Shown here one piece after another: positions 47,755 to 56,039 of a DNA stretch of 64,000 bases. The stretch spans positions 155,991 to 219,990 of the forward strand of contig OZ246413.1 of assembly GCA_965231085.1 (NCBI GenBank). The letters are read 5' to 3'. Source of the DNA: an uncultured Candidatus Saccharibacteria bacterium (GTDB lineage: Bacteria; Patescibacteriota; Saccharimonadia; Saccharimonadales; UBA10212). Under the pieces are notes generated by a model. The model had not been told where the DNA came from. It did no database searches and saw only the letters and a list, made by a program, of their open reading frames with translations. Every line of letters begins with the position of its first letter. The first letter of the stretch is position 1. The translations under genes were made by a program, and so were the position numbers.

Positions 47755-48449
47755 AAACGCTTAACACCCAAGCAATCATTCTAAAGCGGACCGATTTTGG
47801 CGAGGCGGACAGAATTATTACCTTTTTGACTCCCGATCACGGCAAGGTCCGGGGGTTAGCAAGGGGCGTGCGTAAAACCAAAAGTAAGCTGGCCGGTGGC
47901 ATAGAGCTATTTAGTGTTAGCGATATTAGTTACATTGTGGGCCGTGGAGAAATTAGTACATTAGTGTCGACCAGGCTTGTTAAGCATTACGCTCAGATTG
48001 TAAAAGATCTAGATAGAACTAACGCCGGTTATGAGTTTATAAAACTAATCAACAAACTAACCGAGGATCACCCAGAGCCTGTCTATTTTGAATTGCTTGT
48101 TAATTCATTTGAAGCGCTAGACGATGCAGCTATCAATCTCGATCTTATTCAACTGTGGTTTAAGGCTCAGCTTTTAAAGCTGGCCGGGCATAGCCCAAAT
48201 CTTGCAACTGATGAAAGTGGTAAAAAGCTGGAAGCTACCGCTAGCTACATGTTTAATTTTGAGACGATGAATTTTAATAAGAACGGCAACCACGATGATT
48301 CGTTTGATGTTAACTCTATAAAGTTTCTAAGGCTAATGTTCAGTAATAACTTGCCTGGAATTATGCAAAAAGTGCAGGGGGCCAATTTGCTTGCTAAACG
48401 AACCTATCCGCTAGTTAATTCGATGCTCCAGGTTTACGTAAGGGTTTAA
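47751..48449 (+). CDS. recO: DNA repair protein RecO
   Basis: OB-fold N-terminus (AIILKRTDFGEADRIITFLTPDHGK). Confidence 0.8.
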   Translation: MKTLNTQAIILKRTDFGEADRIITFLTPDHGKVRGLARGVRKTKSKLAGGIELFSVSDISYIVGRGEISTLVSTRLVKHYAQIVKDLDRTNAGYEFIKLINKLTEDHPEPVYFELLVNSFEALDDAAINLDLIQLWFKAQLLKLAGHSPNLATDESGKKLEATASYMFNFETMNFNKNGNHDDSFDVNSIKFLRLMFSNNLPGIMQKVQGANLLAKRTYPLVNSMLQVYVRV

Positions 48450-48460
48450 TAAAGCCCGGA

Positions 48461-48492
48461 GGTGCAGGTCAGCCTCGCGGCTGGCCTGCACC
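48461..48492. terminator. Bidirectional GC-rich hairpin between recO and the I4 ORF
   Basis: Reads ggtgcaggtcagcc-tcgc-ggctggcctgcacc, with one mismatch. Confidence 0.6.
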
Positions 48493-48521
48493 CCTCGGGG
48501 ACGTCTACTTTGTGCGGCTTT

Positions 48522-49001
48522 TTAGGCCGCGGCTCCCCGGAGCTCTCGGGCGTCGAACGGAGCCACCACACCGACCAGCGTGATGAGCCGTGCCTCGAGG
48601 CTCTCGGCATCGTGCCTCAGCGGGTTCTTGTCGCCGAGGTTGATGAGTGCCTGCCGCGTGATGCGCAGTGCCCGACACAGGATCTCGCGCCGGTTGGCCT
48701 CGGGAGCGGTGTCGGCGGTCTCGATCAGGCAGGCCGCCCTCTGGGCCTGGGCTTCTGCTCTCAGCTCAGCCGACAGGTTGACGTTGAGGCTGGCGGCATG
48801 GAAGTACGGAGCCGCCTCAGCGAGCTTGCGCAGGCGCATGTAGTGCCTGCCGAGCTGTAGCTCGACCTTGCCGCGCTCGGCGGAGCCAGAGCGGGTTGCC
48901 TGATGCTCCAGCTGGAGCATCTCGAGGTCGTAGTCGACCCTTGAGATCTTGCCTTCCTTCAACTGGGCGCGCAATAGTCTGCGCCTTTGGTCTGGCTTCA
49001 T
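48522..49001 (-). CDS. I4 ORFan (159 aa, helical, Arg/Ala/Leu-rich)
   Basis: ATG at 49001 lies 5 nt after GGAGG (M28 of the tracked 186-aa ORF). Codons are GC3-rich. Confidence 0.6.
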   Translation of the reverse strand: MKPDQRRRLLRAQLKEGKISRVDYDLEMLQLEHQATRSGSAERGKVELQLGRHYMRLRKLAEAAPYFHAASLNVNLSAELRAEAQAQRAACLIETADTAPEANRREILCRALRITRQALINLGDKNPLRHDAESLEARLITLVGVVAPFDARELRGAAA

Positions 49002-49110
49002 CTGTTCCTCCACGCTCGGGGATTGCCGAAAGTAGTCGAAGAGCAAAATACCATATAACAGATTAAAATGCAAGACGGCCAATCTTCAAATCGGCTATAA
49101 TTTTAGGACA

Positions 49111-49749
49111 ATGAATATTTTAGAAATTTATGAAAAGTATAAAATCTTGCCGTCTCTTGCAGAACATCAGCTTCGAGTTGCGGCTGTAGCTATGCAGCTT
49201 TGCCAAGCTATTAGCACAAAAGTTGACGATGAAAGTATTGTTAAAGCTTGTTTGCTGCACGACATGGGTAATCTTTTAAAGTTTGACTTTGCCCAGTTTC
49301 CGCATTTTTTTGAACCTCAAGGCGCAGCTTATTGGCAGCGGGTAAAGGAGGAAATCATTAAGACGTACGGAACAACAGACGAGCATCAGGCGACACTCAA
49401 AATTGCTGCCGAAATAGGTGTGAGTAAACAGGTGCTTAGTTATATAGATTGCATTGGTTTTACTCACGCAACTGATAATTTGAATCGACCAGTGGATTTT
49501 AAAATATGCAATTATGCCGATATGCGGGTTGGACCAGTGGGCGTCTTAAGTTTAGACGAGCGGATGGCAGATGGTGCAAAACGCTATAAGAATCGACTGG
49601 CAGCGGAGGTTATTGGCGATGCCCGCTTAGTAGAAGCAATTCATAGGATCGAAGATGACATTTTTAAAATCTCAAAAATAAAACCACAGGACATAACAGA
49701 CGAATCTATCGGGCCAATTATTGAGCAGCTAAAAAGTTATAAAATCTAG
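49111..49749 (+). CDS. HD-domain phosphohydrolase
   Basis: Contains the LLHDMGN motif. 212 aa. Confidence 0.7.
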   Translation: MNILEIYEKYKILPSLAEHQLRVAAVAMQLCQAISTKVDDESIVKACLLHDMGNLLKFDFAQFPHFFEPQGAAYWQRVKEEIIKTYGTTDEHQATLKIAAEIGVSKQVLSYIDCIGFTHATDNLNRPVDFKICNYADMRVGPVGVLSLDERMADGAKRYKNRLAAEVIGDARLVEAIHRIEDDIFKISKIKPQDITDESIGPIIEQLKSYKI

Positions 49750-49761
49750 AACAAAAAAGAA

Positions 49762-49800
49762 CCGGGTAGGGCCAGCGCACTCGAGCGCCAGCCCTCCCGG
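49762..49800 (-). terminator. GC-rich compound hairpin downstream of the I5 ORF
   Basis: Outer stem ccggg(t)agggc/gccctcccgg with inner gcgc-actcga-gcgc. Confidence 0.5.
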
Positions 49801-49810
49801 GTAGTCCACT

Positions 49811-50401
49811 TCAGGCGGCGACCGTGTCGGCGGAAGCCGGCAGCAGCGCCTCGATCCTCGAGCGGTTCCTGCCGACCATCATCAGCAGGCCGGGGAACCT
49901 CTCGCCGAGATCGTCGAACGCGGCGTGGTTCGGACTGAGCAGGTCGTACGCCTTGCGCAGATGCCCGATGGCCCAGCGTTCGCTGCCCGCGAACTGGTGG
50001 TCCGTCCGCCTCGACAGGGCCTCGTGGACCCTGGACAGCGTGATGATCGACGTCGCCCAGGTTGGGTTGGGCAGGCCGCGCGACACGTCGCCGACGGCCT
50101 GAACCAGTTGCAGCTTGGCCTGGATGAGCCGAACCGTCGTGATGGCCCTCGGGTCGAAGATCTTGTCGCCCGCTGGGACCCAGCACTTGGCCTGGGTGGC
50201 CTGTACCATGCAGAGGTGCACAGCGTGGTTCGGCTTCTGCGTGTACTCGGCGAGCATCTTGCCGAACACGATTTCCGCTTCGCCGCGCGTCATGGTGTTC
50301 TGGCGCACGGCTACCAGGACTCGGTTCAGCTCCCGGTGCAAATCCTCGTAGGGGGTTATCACAACCGTTACCAACCTTTCGTCGGGGAACACGTCGTACA
50401 T
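49811..50401 (-). CDS. I5 ORFan (196 aa)
   Basis: This frame has a consistent GC3 bias. It contains an Rx4H string (ERWAIGH). No obvious SD. Confidence 0.6.
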   Translation of the reverse strand: MYDVFPDERLVTVVITPYEDLHRELNRVLVAVRQNTMTRGEAEIVFGKMLAEYTQKPNHAVHLCMVQATQAKCWVPAGDKIFDPRAITTVRLIQAKLQLVQAVGDVSRGLPNPTWATSIITLSRVHEALSRRTDHQFAGSERWAIGHLRKAYDLLSPNHAAFDDLGERFPGLLMMVGRNRSRIEALLPASADTVAA

Positions 50402-50487
50402 CCGAAGGTGGATGACAAATACGATATCATCATTTTACTGTTTACGCAATAATCTACCAGATGGGCTATATGATAAAATACGAGTTA

Positions 50488-51849
50488 ATGAGTAGCGTGA
50501 CTTTAGAAGAAATTGTTAGCCTCGCAAAGAGAAGGGGTTTTATATATCAGGGTTCTGAGATTTACGGCGGTTTAGCCGGTACTTACGATTACGGTCCGCT
50601 GGGCACGCTGCTCAAGCACAACATTGTAAATGAATGGCTAAAGTTCTTTGTAGACGGCTGGGACGACATGTACCAGATAGACTCGGCAATTCTTATGAAC
50701 CCTAAAGTCTGGCAAGCCAGCGGCCATGTAGATACTTTTAATGATCCACTAATTGAAGATGTTAAAACTAAAAAGCGCTACCGCCTAGACCATCTTTTGG
50801 AAGACGCCGGTATTGAAGCTGTTTCAAAAATGACTATTGATCAAATGGTCGCTTTGGTAAAAGAAAAGAATATTAAAAGTCCTGATGGCAACGAGCTAGG
50901 CAATCCTGCCAAGTTTAATCTGCTTTTTAGCACCACAACTGGCTCAACCGAGGAAGACAAACAAACGGTTTATCTGCGCGGAGAGACAGCCCAGGGTATG
51001 TTTGTTAATTTTAAAAACATTCTAGATAGCTTTTACCCAGATATTCCGTTTGGAGTGGCACAAGTGGGCAGGGCTTTTCGTAACGAAATTAGCCCGCGTG
51101 ACTTCGTATTTCGTGTTCGCGAGTTCGAGATTATGGAGTTCGAGTACTTCATAAACCCAGCCGACTGGGAAAAGAACTTCGATAAATGGCTCGCCGACTA
51201 CCGTAAATGGTTCGAGATTTTAGGCCTACCAAAAGACAAAATTCGTGAGATTGAGGTGCCAGCCGAAGACCGCGCACACTATTCTAAGCGCTCTGTAGAT
51301 TTTGAGTTTGAGTATCCGTTTGGTGTTAAAGAAATCGGTGGCATAGCTTACCGCACCGATTTCGATTTAAGCGCCCATCAAAAACTCTCGGGCAAGAACC
51401 TAGAATATCGGCCTAAAGACGGCAGCCCAGCTTTTATCCCGCATGTTATAGAGCCAACCTTTGGGTTAGACCGCACAATCCTGGCCGTACTTGCCAACGC
51501 CTACACAGAAGATGAGCAGAATGGTGAGAAAAGAGTTTACCTAAAACTGCCTAAAAATCTTGCGCCAATAAAGGTTGCCGTTAGCCCGCTTGCTAAAAAC
51601 AAGCCAGAGCTGGTAGCTAAAGCCAAAGAGGTTTATAAAATGCTGCAAAAAGAGCTTGGCGGTGGTGTTATGTGGATAGACACTGGTAATGTCGGCAAAA
51701 ACTACCGTCGCGCCGATGAAATCGGTATCCCGCAGTGTATTACCGTAGACTTCGACACGCTAGAAGACGACGCCGTAACCGTTCGTGACCGCGACACTAC
51801 CGAGCAAAAACGCGTCAAAGTTTCTGAACTTCTAAAATCAGTAAAATAA
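50488..51849 (+). CDS. glyQS: Glycyl-tRNA synthetase (dimeric, class II)
   Basis: RRGFIYQGSEIYGGLAGTYDYGPLG N-terminus. The ATG at 50488 lies 8 nt after TAAAAT. Confidence 0.9.
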   Translation: MSSVTLEEIVSLAKRRGFIYQGSEIYGGLAGTYDYGPLGTLLKHNIVNEWLKFFVDGWDDMYQIDSAILMNPKVWQASGHVDTFNDPLIEDVKTKKRYRLDHLLEDAGIEAVSKMTIDQMVALVKEKNIKSPDGNELGNPAKFNLLFSTTTGSTEEDKQTVYLRGETAQGMFVNFKNILDSFYPDIPFGVAQVGRAFRNEISPRDFVFRVREFEIMEFEYFINPADWEKNFDKWLADYRKWFEILGLPKDKIREIEVPAEDRAHYSKRSVDFEFEYPFGVKEIGGIAYRTDFDLSAHQKLSGKNLEYRPKDGSPAFIPHVIEPTFGLDRTILAVLANAYTEDEQNGEKRVYLKLPKNLAPIKVAVSPLAKNKPELVAKAKEVYKMLQKELGGGVMWIDTGNVGKNYRRADEIGIPQCITVDFDTLEDDAVTVRDRDTTEQKRVKVSELLKSVK

Positions 51850-51856
51850 AACCATG
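51840..51856 (+). repeat. 17-nt junction AGTAAAATAAAACCATG, copy 1
   Basis: Contains the glyQS stop and the start of the next ORF. Confidence 0.9.
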
Positions 51857-52231
51857 GGTTCGTTTATAGAAATCAACGACACACTGCGAATCACTAACGA
51901 GCAAGGTTTCCCAGCTGAGCTAGATATTAATAAGCACCTAGAATCTCCATATAAATTCCAAGATTTTAAAGACAAAGTTTTTGAGTTCAAATCCAAGCCC
52001 AAAATAAGAGTTTACCAAGTTGCGCCTGTCCGCAACTTTTTAGTGCAAGATATTGGCGGCAAGTGGTTGTACTGGGGCAGGTGCCACATTATTGAAATCC
52101 GGCATGATTATCTTAAACAAGAAACATCGGGTAAGTTCAAAATAATTTCAATCAATTCTCCTGAAGAGATGAAGCAGGCATTCAGTCTCATGGACAATCG
52201 CCCGGAGCTTGATTTCTTTAAGTCGGAGTAA
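51854..52231 (+). CDS. Hypothetical protein (125 aa)
   Basis: Backbone-like composition. Bounded by the 17-nt junction repeat. Confidence 0.55.
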   Translation: MGSFIEINDTLRITNEQGFPAELDINKHLESPYKFQDFKDKVFEFKSKPKIRVYQVAPVRNFLVQDIGGKWLYWGRCHIIEIRHDYLKQETSGKFKIISINSPEEMKQAFSLMDNRPELDFFKSE

Positions 52232-52243
52232 AATAAAACCATG
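52227..52243 (+). repeat. 17-nt junction, copy 2
   Basis: Identical 17-mer. The stop codon is read in a different register from copies 1 and 3. Confidence 0.9.
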
Positions 52244-52501
52244 AATGATTTCGAGAAAAGACTTTCTGCAATTGAAGAGCGCAACAAAAGGGTAGAGCTA
52301 GATAAGGCCTGGGAAACCAGCTGGACTCGTCGTTTGGTCATTGGCTCTCTAACGTATGCAGTAGTGGTGATTTATCTATTTGTTATTAATAACAATGCAC
52401 CATTTATAAATGGTGCTGTGCCGGTAGCAGGCTTTATATTATCAACCCTTGTTGTCCGGAGGGTAAAAGAACTCTGGCAGAAGAATAATCGAGTAAAATA
52501 A
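52241..52501 (+). CDS. Hypothetical small membrane protein (86 aa)
   Basis: Two hydrophobic segments. Bounded by the 17-nt junction repeat. Confidence 0.55.
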   Translation: MNDFEKRLSAIEERNKRVELDKAWETSWTRRLVIGSLTYAVVVIYLFVINNNAPFINGAVPVAGFILSTLVVRRVKELWQKNNRVK

Positions 52502-52508
52502 AACCATG
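52492..52508 (+). repeat. 17-nt junction, copy 3
   Basis: Identical 17-mer ahead of the dehydrogenase gene. Confidence 0.9.
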
Positions 52509-53429
52509 AGTAAAAAAATCCTAGTTACCGATTCACTGTTTATATTTGATGAGCATATCAAGCAACTTGAAGCTGCAGGTTATGAAGTCGAACGTCTGGA
52601 TAAAGCGCGGGCTACAGAAGCCGAGCTCACTGAGGCAGTCAAAGATAAGGTTGGCTATATTTTGGGTGGCATCGAGCATGTCACCGATAAGGTTCTTGAG
52701 GCTGCCAGTGAACTAAAAGCCATTGCTTTTACGGGGGCTGACTATAAAGCTCTGATTCCTGGCTGGGAGTCTGCAGGAGAAAAGGGGATAGCCATTACTA
52801 CCACTCCTGGCGCTAATGCCACGGCAGTAGCCGAGTTCGCCATGGCGGCAGCATTAATCATGCAGCGCAACTTACTAGAACTCGGTCGAACCGGAAGCAA
52901 AAAATTTGAGACAGCCAAGAGTATGCAAAACTCTGTCATTGGGATAATTGGGGCAGGCAACATAGGCCTAAAACTGGCTGAGATGGTAAATACTTTCAGT
53001 CCGAGCGAGGTGATATATTTTAACCGATCAAAAAATGAAAAAATTGATGCAAAATATGTCGAGTTCGACGGACTACTGCAAACCGCGGACGTGATTTTCG
53101 TTGCTGTACCTGGTAGCGCCGGCCAGTTATTTAATGCTGAGAATCTCGCAAAAACCAAGAAGGGTGCACTAATAATCAGCATTTCACCAACTAATCTTTT
53201 TGATTTCGAGGCGCTCTTACCAAAATTACAAAACAACGAGTTGCGGGTGGCGATCGACTGGTCGGCTCCAAATGAAGAATTCGCAAAACTGCCTATGAAC
53301 GTCTGGTTCAACACTAATGACCATACTGGTTATAACACTTTTGTTGCCAATAAGATTGCCAGTGATATGGCAGTCGAGTCTTTGTTGAATGTTTTGAGAA
53401 CCGGCGAAGATAAATACAGGGTTGTCTAA
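52506..53429 (+). CDS. D-isomer-specific 2-hydroxyacid dehydrogenase family protein
   Basis: NAD-binding GIIGAGNIGLKLAE with a conserved C-terminal His region. Confidence 0.75.
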   Translation: MSKKILVTDSLFIFDEHIKQLEAAGYEVERLDKARATEAELTEAVKDKVGYILGGIEHVTDKVLEAASELKAIAFTGADYKALIPGWESAGEKGIAITTTPGANATAVAEFAMAAALIMQRNLLELGRTGSKKFETAKSMQNSVIGIIGAGNIGLKLAEMVNTFSPSEVIYFNRSKNEKIDAKYVEFDGLLQTADVIFVAVPGSAGQLFNAENLAKTKKGALIISISPTNLFDFEALLPKLQNNELRVAIDWSAPNEEFAKLPMNVWFNTNDHTGYNTFVANKIASDMAVESLLNVLRTGEDKYRVV

Positions 53430-53520
53430 CCGGAGTAAGTTAAACCAAACGGCTCTGTTCAAAACTTATAAAACATTGTAGAATATGCCTATTCCTGATG
53501 TAGACATCAAGGAGGTTCGC

Positions 53521-53988
53521 ATGACCGCCATAGAGGGCTATGTCCCTCGGCGAGTACGCCGCAGGGATGAGCGCCGCCACAAGAGCGCGGCTGCCCAGGC
53601 TGGCAGGAGCGAGAACCGGGCTGCCGAGGCCAGGCGGCTGGCAGAGATCGCGCAGCTGGAAGCGGATCTCACCAGCTACATCGAGATGCTGGGCAAGTCG
53701 CCCGACTGCGTCATCGAGATGGAGACCGGCAACCGCAACCTGACGGCTGGCACGCGTCTGCGCCACTGGCTGACCCCGGCCAGGCCCGGCCACAAGCTGC
53801 TGGTGCTGGAGTCGTCGTGCTTCGCCCTCAGCGAGCAGGGCAGGCTCTACCACGGCTACGTCAGCCACCAGCCGGCCATGGGGGCAGCGTTCGTCGCGAT
53901 CCACTCCTTCACGGAGTACGATCGCCAGTTCCCCAGCTACGCGGAGGCCGCTGCCCGCGCACTGAGGGGGCTGCTGCCCGAGCGCTAG
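53521..53988 (+). CDS. I6 ORFan (155 aa; basic N-terminus)
   Basis: ATG at 53521 lies 5 nt after AAGGAGG. The 53485 ATG abuts a -10-like TAGAAT and is unlikely to be used. Confidence 0.6.
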   Translation: MTAIEGYVPRRVRRRDERRHKSAAAQAGRSENRAAEARRLAEIAQLEADLTSYIEMLGKSPDCVIEMETGNRNLTAGTRLRHWLTPARPGHKLLVLESSCFALSEQGRLYHGYVSHQPAMGAAFVAIHSFTEYDRQFPSYAEAAARALRGLLPER

Positions 53989-54016
53989 CCGCCGCGGGAA
54001 GACACCTACAAGGGAT

Positions 54017-54054
54017 GAGGCGAGAGGCTTTTAGTGAGCTCTCGCCTCCGCGCC
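54017..54054 (+). repeat. Shared 38-nt hairpin module, copy A
   Basis: Reads gaggcgagag-gcttttagtgag-ctctcgcctc-cgcgcc. Matches 55959-55996 at 37 of 38 positions. Confidence 0.85.
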
Positions 54055-54078
54055 AGGGAACTCCACCTGGCGTCTTTT
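54051..54078 (+). terminator. Intrinsic terminator after I6
   Basis: Reads cgccagg-gaactcca-cctggcg, then tctttt. Confidence 0.7.
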
Positions 54079-54115
54079 ATAATCTACAAGGCAGAACAGA
54101 ACTTTATATTTGCTA

Positions 54116-54144
54116 TTGGCACAATAATGTTTTAGAAGTATAAT
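54116..54144 (+). promoter_or_regulatory. Sigma70-like promoter for cassette I7
   Basis: Reads TTGGCA-N17-TATAAT, followed by a leader of about 100 nt with a long-range stem (ggcaagaa.../...tttcttgcc). Confidence 0.5.
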
Positions 54145-54251
54145 ATTGGGCAAGAATTCTCGCTTAATGTAAATAGGCGAGGGTTTAGTCTTGGTGAGGA
54201 ATTTGCGCAATTTCTTGCCAGGTTCACAAGCGATCGAAAGCGAGGACGCAC

Positions 54252-55367
54252 ATGAAGTTCCCCTCGAAGCACGCCTGGCTGCTGCTGGCCGTGGTGGCCG
54301 CCCTGGTGGCCAGCGTCGCGTCGGCCTCGGCCAACACGAACAACTCGCTCGGCAACAAGGCCGACGGGTCGCTCAAGGCCGCCTGGATCTACGTCGGCCC
54401 ACACAACGACGGTGGCTGGTCGCAGGCCCACGACATGGGCCGGCTCTACGTGCAGAAGATGCTCGGCAACAAGGTGCAGACGACCTACAAGGAGAACGTC
54501 CCCGAGGGGCCGCAGGTCGCGCAGGTGATCGAGTCGCTCATCCGCGACGGCAACAAGATCATCTTCGCCACCTCGTTCGGCTTCCAGAACGCCATGGCCA
54601 CCGCCGCCAAGAAGCACCCCGACGTCAAGTTCGAGATGGCGACGGGCACCACCTACGGCGGCAACATGTCCGAGTACTTCGGCGCGGGGGAGGACGCGAT
54701 CTACCTGTCCGGCATGGCCGCCGGAGCCGCCACCAAGAGCGGCGTCATCGGCTACATCGTGCCGTTCCCGATCCCGGAGGTCATCCGCCACGCCAACGCG
54801 TTCGCGCTCGGCGCCCAGGCGATGAACCCGAAGGTCAAGGTCAAGCTCGTGTGGACGCTGTCGTGGTTCGCGCCCGACAAGGAGAAGAAGGCCGCCGAGA
54901 GCCTCAAGGCCGCCGGCGCGGACGTGATCGGCCAGAACGTCGACAGCCCCGCCGCCGGCCAGTACGCCGAGAGCGCCGGGCTGTCGTGGGTTGGCTACGA
55001 CTCCGACGCCTCGCAGTTCGCGCCGAAGCAGTGGCTCACCGCCGCCGTCTACAACTGGGGTCCGTACTACGCGAGCCGGGTCAAGGCCGTGATGAACGGC
55101 ACCTGGAAGGCCGGCTTCTACTACGGCAGCATCAAGGACGGCTTCGTGGACATCGCCAAGTTCGGGCCGAGCGTCTCGGCCGCGACCAAGGCAGCGATCG
55201 CCGCGAAGCGCAAGGCGCTGATCGCCGGCACGTTCTACGAGTTCGCCGGCCCGATCACCGACCAGTCCGGCAAGGTGCGAGTCGCGGCCGGCAAGAAGCT
55301 CGGTCTCAACGACCTGTACATGATCGACTGGCTCGTCAAGGGCATCGACGGCAGCCCGAAGGGCTGA
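54252..55367 (+). CDS. BMP-family (PnrA/Med-like) ABC-transporter substrate-binding protein; orphan
   Basis: Signal peptide ending ASA with no lipobox Cys. BMP-like blocks: AAWIYVGPHNDGGWSQAH, IIFATSFGF, GVIGYIVPFPIPEV and GADVIGQNVDS. Confidence 0.8.
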   Translation: MKFPSKHAWLLLAVVAALVASVASASANTNNSLGNKADGSLKAAWIYVGPHNDGGWSQAHDMGRLYVQKMLGNKVQTTYKENVPEGPQVAQVIESLIRDGNKIIFATSFGFQNAMATAAKKHPDVKFEMATGTTYGGNMSEYFGAGEDAIYLSGMAAGAATKSGVIGYIVPFPIPEVIRHANAFALGAQAMNPKVKVKLVWTLSWFAPDKEKKAAESLKAAGADVIGQNVDSPAAGQYAESAGLSWVGYDSDASQFAPKQWLTAAVYNWGPYYASRVKAVMNGTWKAGFYYGSIKDGFVDIAKFGPSVSAATKAAIAAKRKALIAGTFYEFAGPITDQSGKVRVAAGKKLGLNDLYMIDWLVKGIDGSPKG

Positions 55368-55400
55368 CTGCTCGGTCTACCGACGACCATGGTTCACCTC

Positions 55401-55436
55401 GAGGGGGCGTCCGTCCGCGCAAGCGGACGCCCCCTC
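55401..55436 (+). terminator. 13-bp GC-rich hairpin after the I7 ORF
   Basis: Reads gagggggcgtccg-N10-cggacgccccctc. Confidence 0.7.
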
Positions 55437-55538
55437 ACACTTTATAAATAGACGCCTACCAGGGCATATGCAAAAACACTAAAAAATTATATAATCCAAA
55501 AATCCTGATACATCAACAGTGTTTGGAGGTCTTACGGT

Positions 55539-55946
55539 ATGAGGCGAATGATACCGCCCACTCATGCACAGCTATGCGAGGCTGCCGAGGCCGCGCGGGC
55601 AGCTCGGATCACGTACGAGAATGCCATGAGCGATCTGCACAACTACGCAGCGCCGCTCGCGCACAGGTGGGTGAAGCTGACGGCTGCAGAGAGGAACGTG
55701 ATGGACCCGGTCGTCTTCGTGCAGCGCCGTCACAAGGGCGGGGAGTGGAGCTCCAAGGCCAGACTCGGCTACTTCACGCTGCCGGCCAGTGCCGATGGGA
55801 GCACCACGGCCATGGTCTCGGAGGTCGTCGTCGAGACGTACGGCCTGATCAGGCTGGTGCTGATCATCCCGGGCCAATCCGATGAGTTCCAGGTCAATGC
55901 CGAGCAGTTCAAGATCGAGGTGCTCGAGCACCTGACGAGCTCGTGA
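55539..55946 (+). CDS. I8 ORFan (135 aa)
   Basis: ATG 9 nt after GGAGG. Codons are GC3-rich. Confidence 0.6.
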   Translation: MRRMIPPTHAQLCEAAEAARAARITYENAMSDLHNYAAPLAHRWVKLTAAERNVMDPVVFVQRRHKGGEWSSKARLGYFTLPASADGSTTAMVSEVVVETYGLIRLVLIIPGQSDEFQVNAEQFKIEVLEHLTSS

Positions 55947-55958
55947 TGTACGACAGGC

Positions 55959-55996
55959 GAGGCGAGAGGCTTTTAGCGAGCTCTCGCCTCCGCGCC
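55959..55996 (+). repeat. Shared 38-nt hairpin module, copy B
   Basis: Reads gaggcgagag-gcttttagcgag-ctctcgcctc-cgcgcc. Confidence 0.85.
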
Positions 55997-56015
55997 GGGA
56001 GTAATCCCGGCTTTT
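55994..56015 (+). terminator. Intrinsic terminator after I8
   Basis: Reads gccggga-gtaa-tcccggc, then tttt. Confidence 0.7.
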
Positions 56016-56039
56016 CTTATAAAGATATATAATAAAGCC

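Larger units (their letters stand above)
48451..49012 (-). other. High-GC cassette I4
   Basis: Composition step on both sides. Confidence 0.8.
49757..50405 (-). other. High-GC cassette I5
   Basis: Composition step. Convergent with the HD gene. Confidence 0.8.
53505..54073 (+). other. High-GC cassette I6
   Basis: Composition step. AT-rich leader upstream. Confidence 0.8.
54225..55437 (+). other. High-GC cassette I7
   Basis: One 60-nt line (from 54301) hand-counted at 41/60 G+C. Confidence 0.85.
55539..56012 (+). other. High-GC cassette I8
   Basis: Composition step. A -10 TATAAT lies at 55490-55495 upstream. Confidence 0.8.

Noticed and set aside
49746-50452. 146-aa (-), 175-aa (+), 92-aa (+) and 78-aa (+) ORFs over I5
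   Set aside because: Codon-by-codon reading shows a consistent GC3 bias only in the 49811..50401 minus frame.
54132-55447. 418-aa (+) and 219-aa (-) ORFs overlapping the BMP gene
   Set aside because: Both are Arg/Gly/Pro/His-rich nonsense frames. The 54252..55367 frame carries recognisable BMP-family blocks and a signal peptide.
53440-55931. Antisense and alternative frames over I6 and I8 (53440..53904 -, 53540..53743 +, 53817..54143 +, 55523..55885 +, 55572..55931 -)
   Set aside because: Same reasoning: no SD, low-complexity products, and overlap with better-supported frames.
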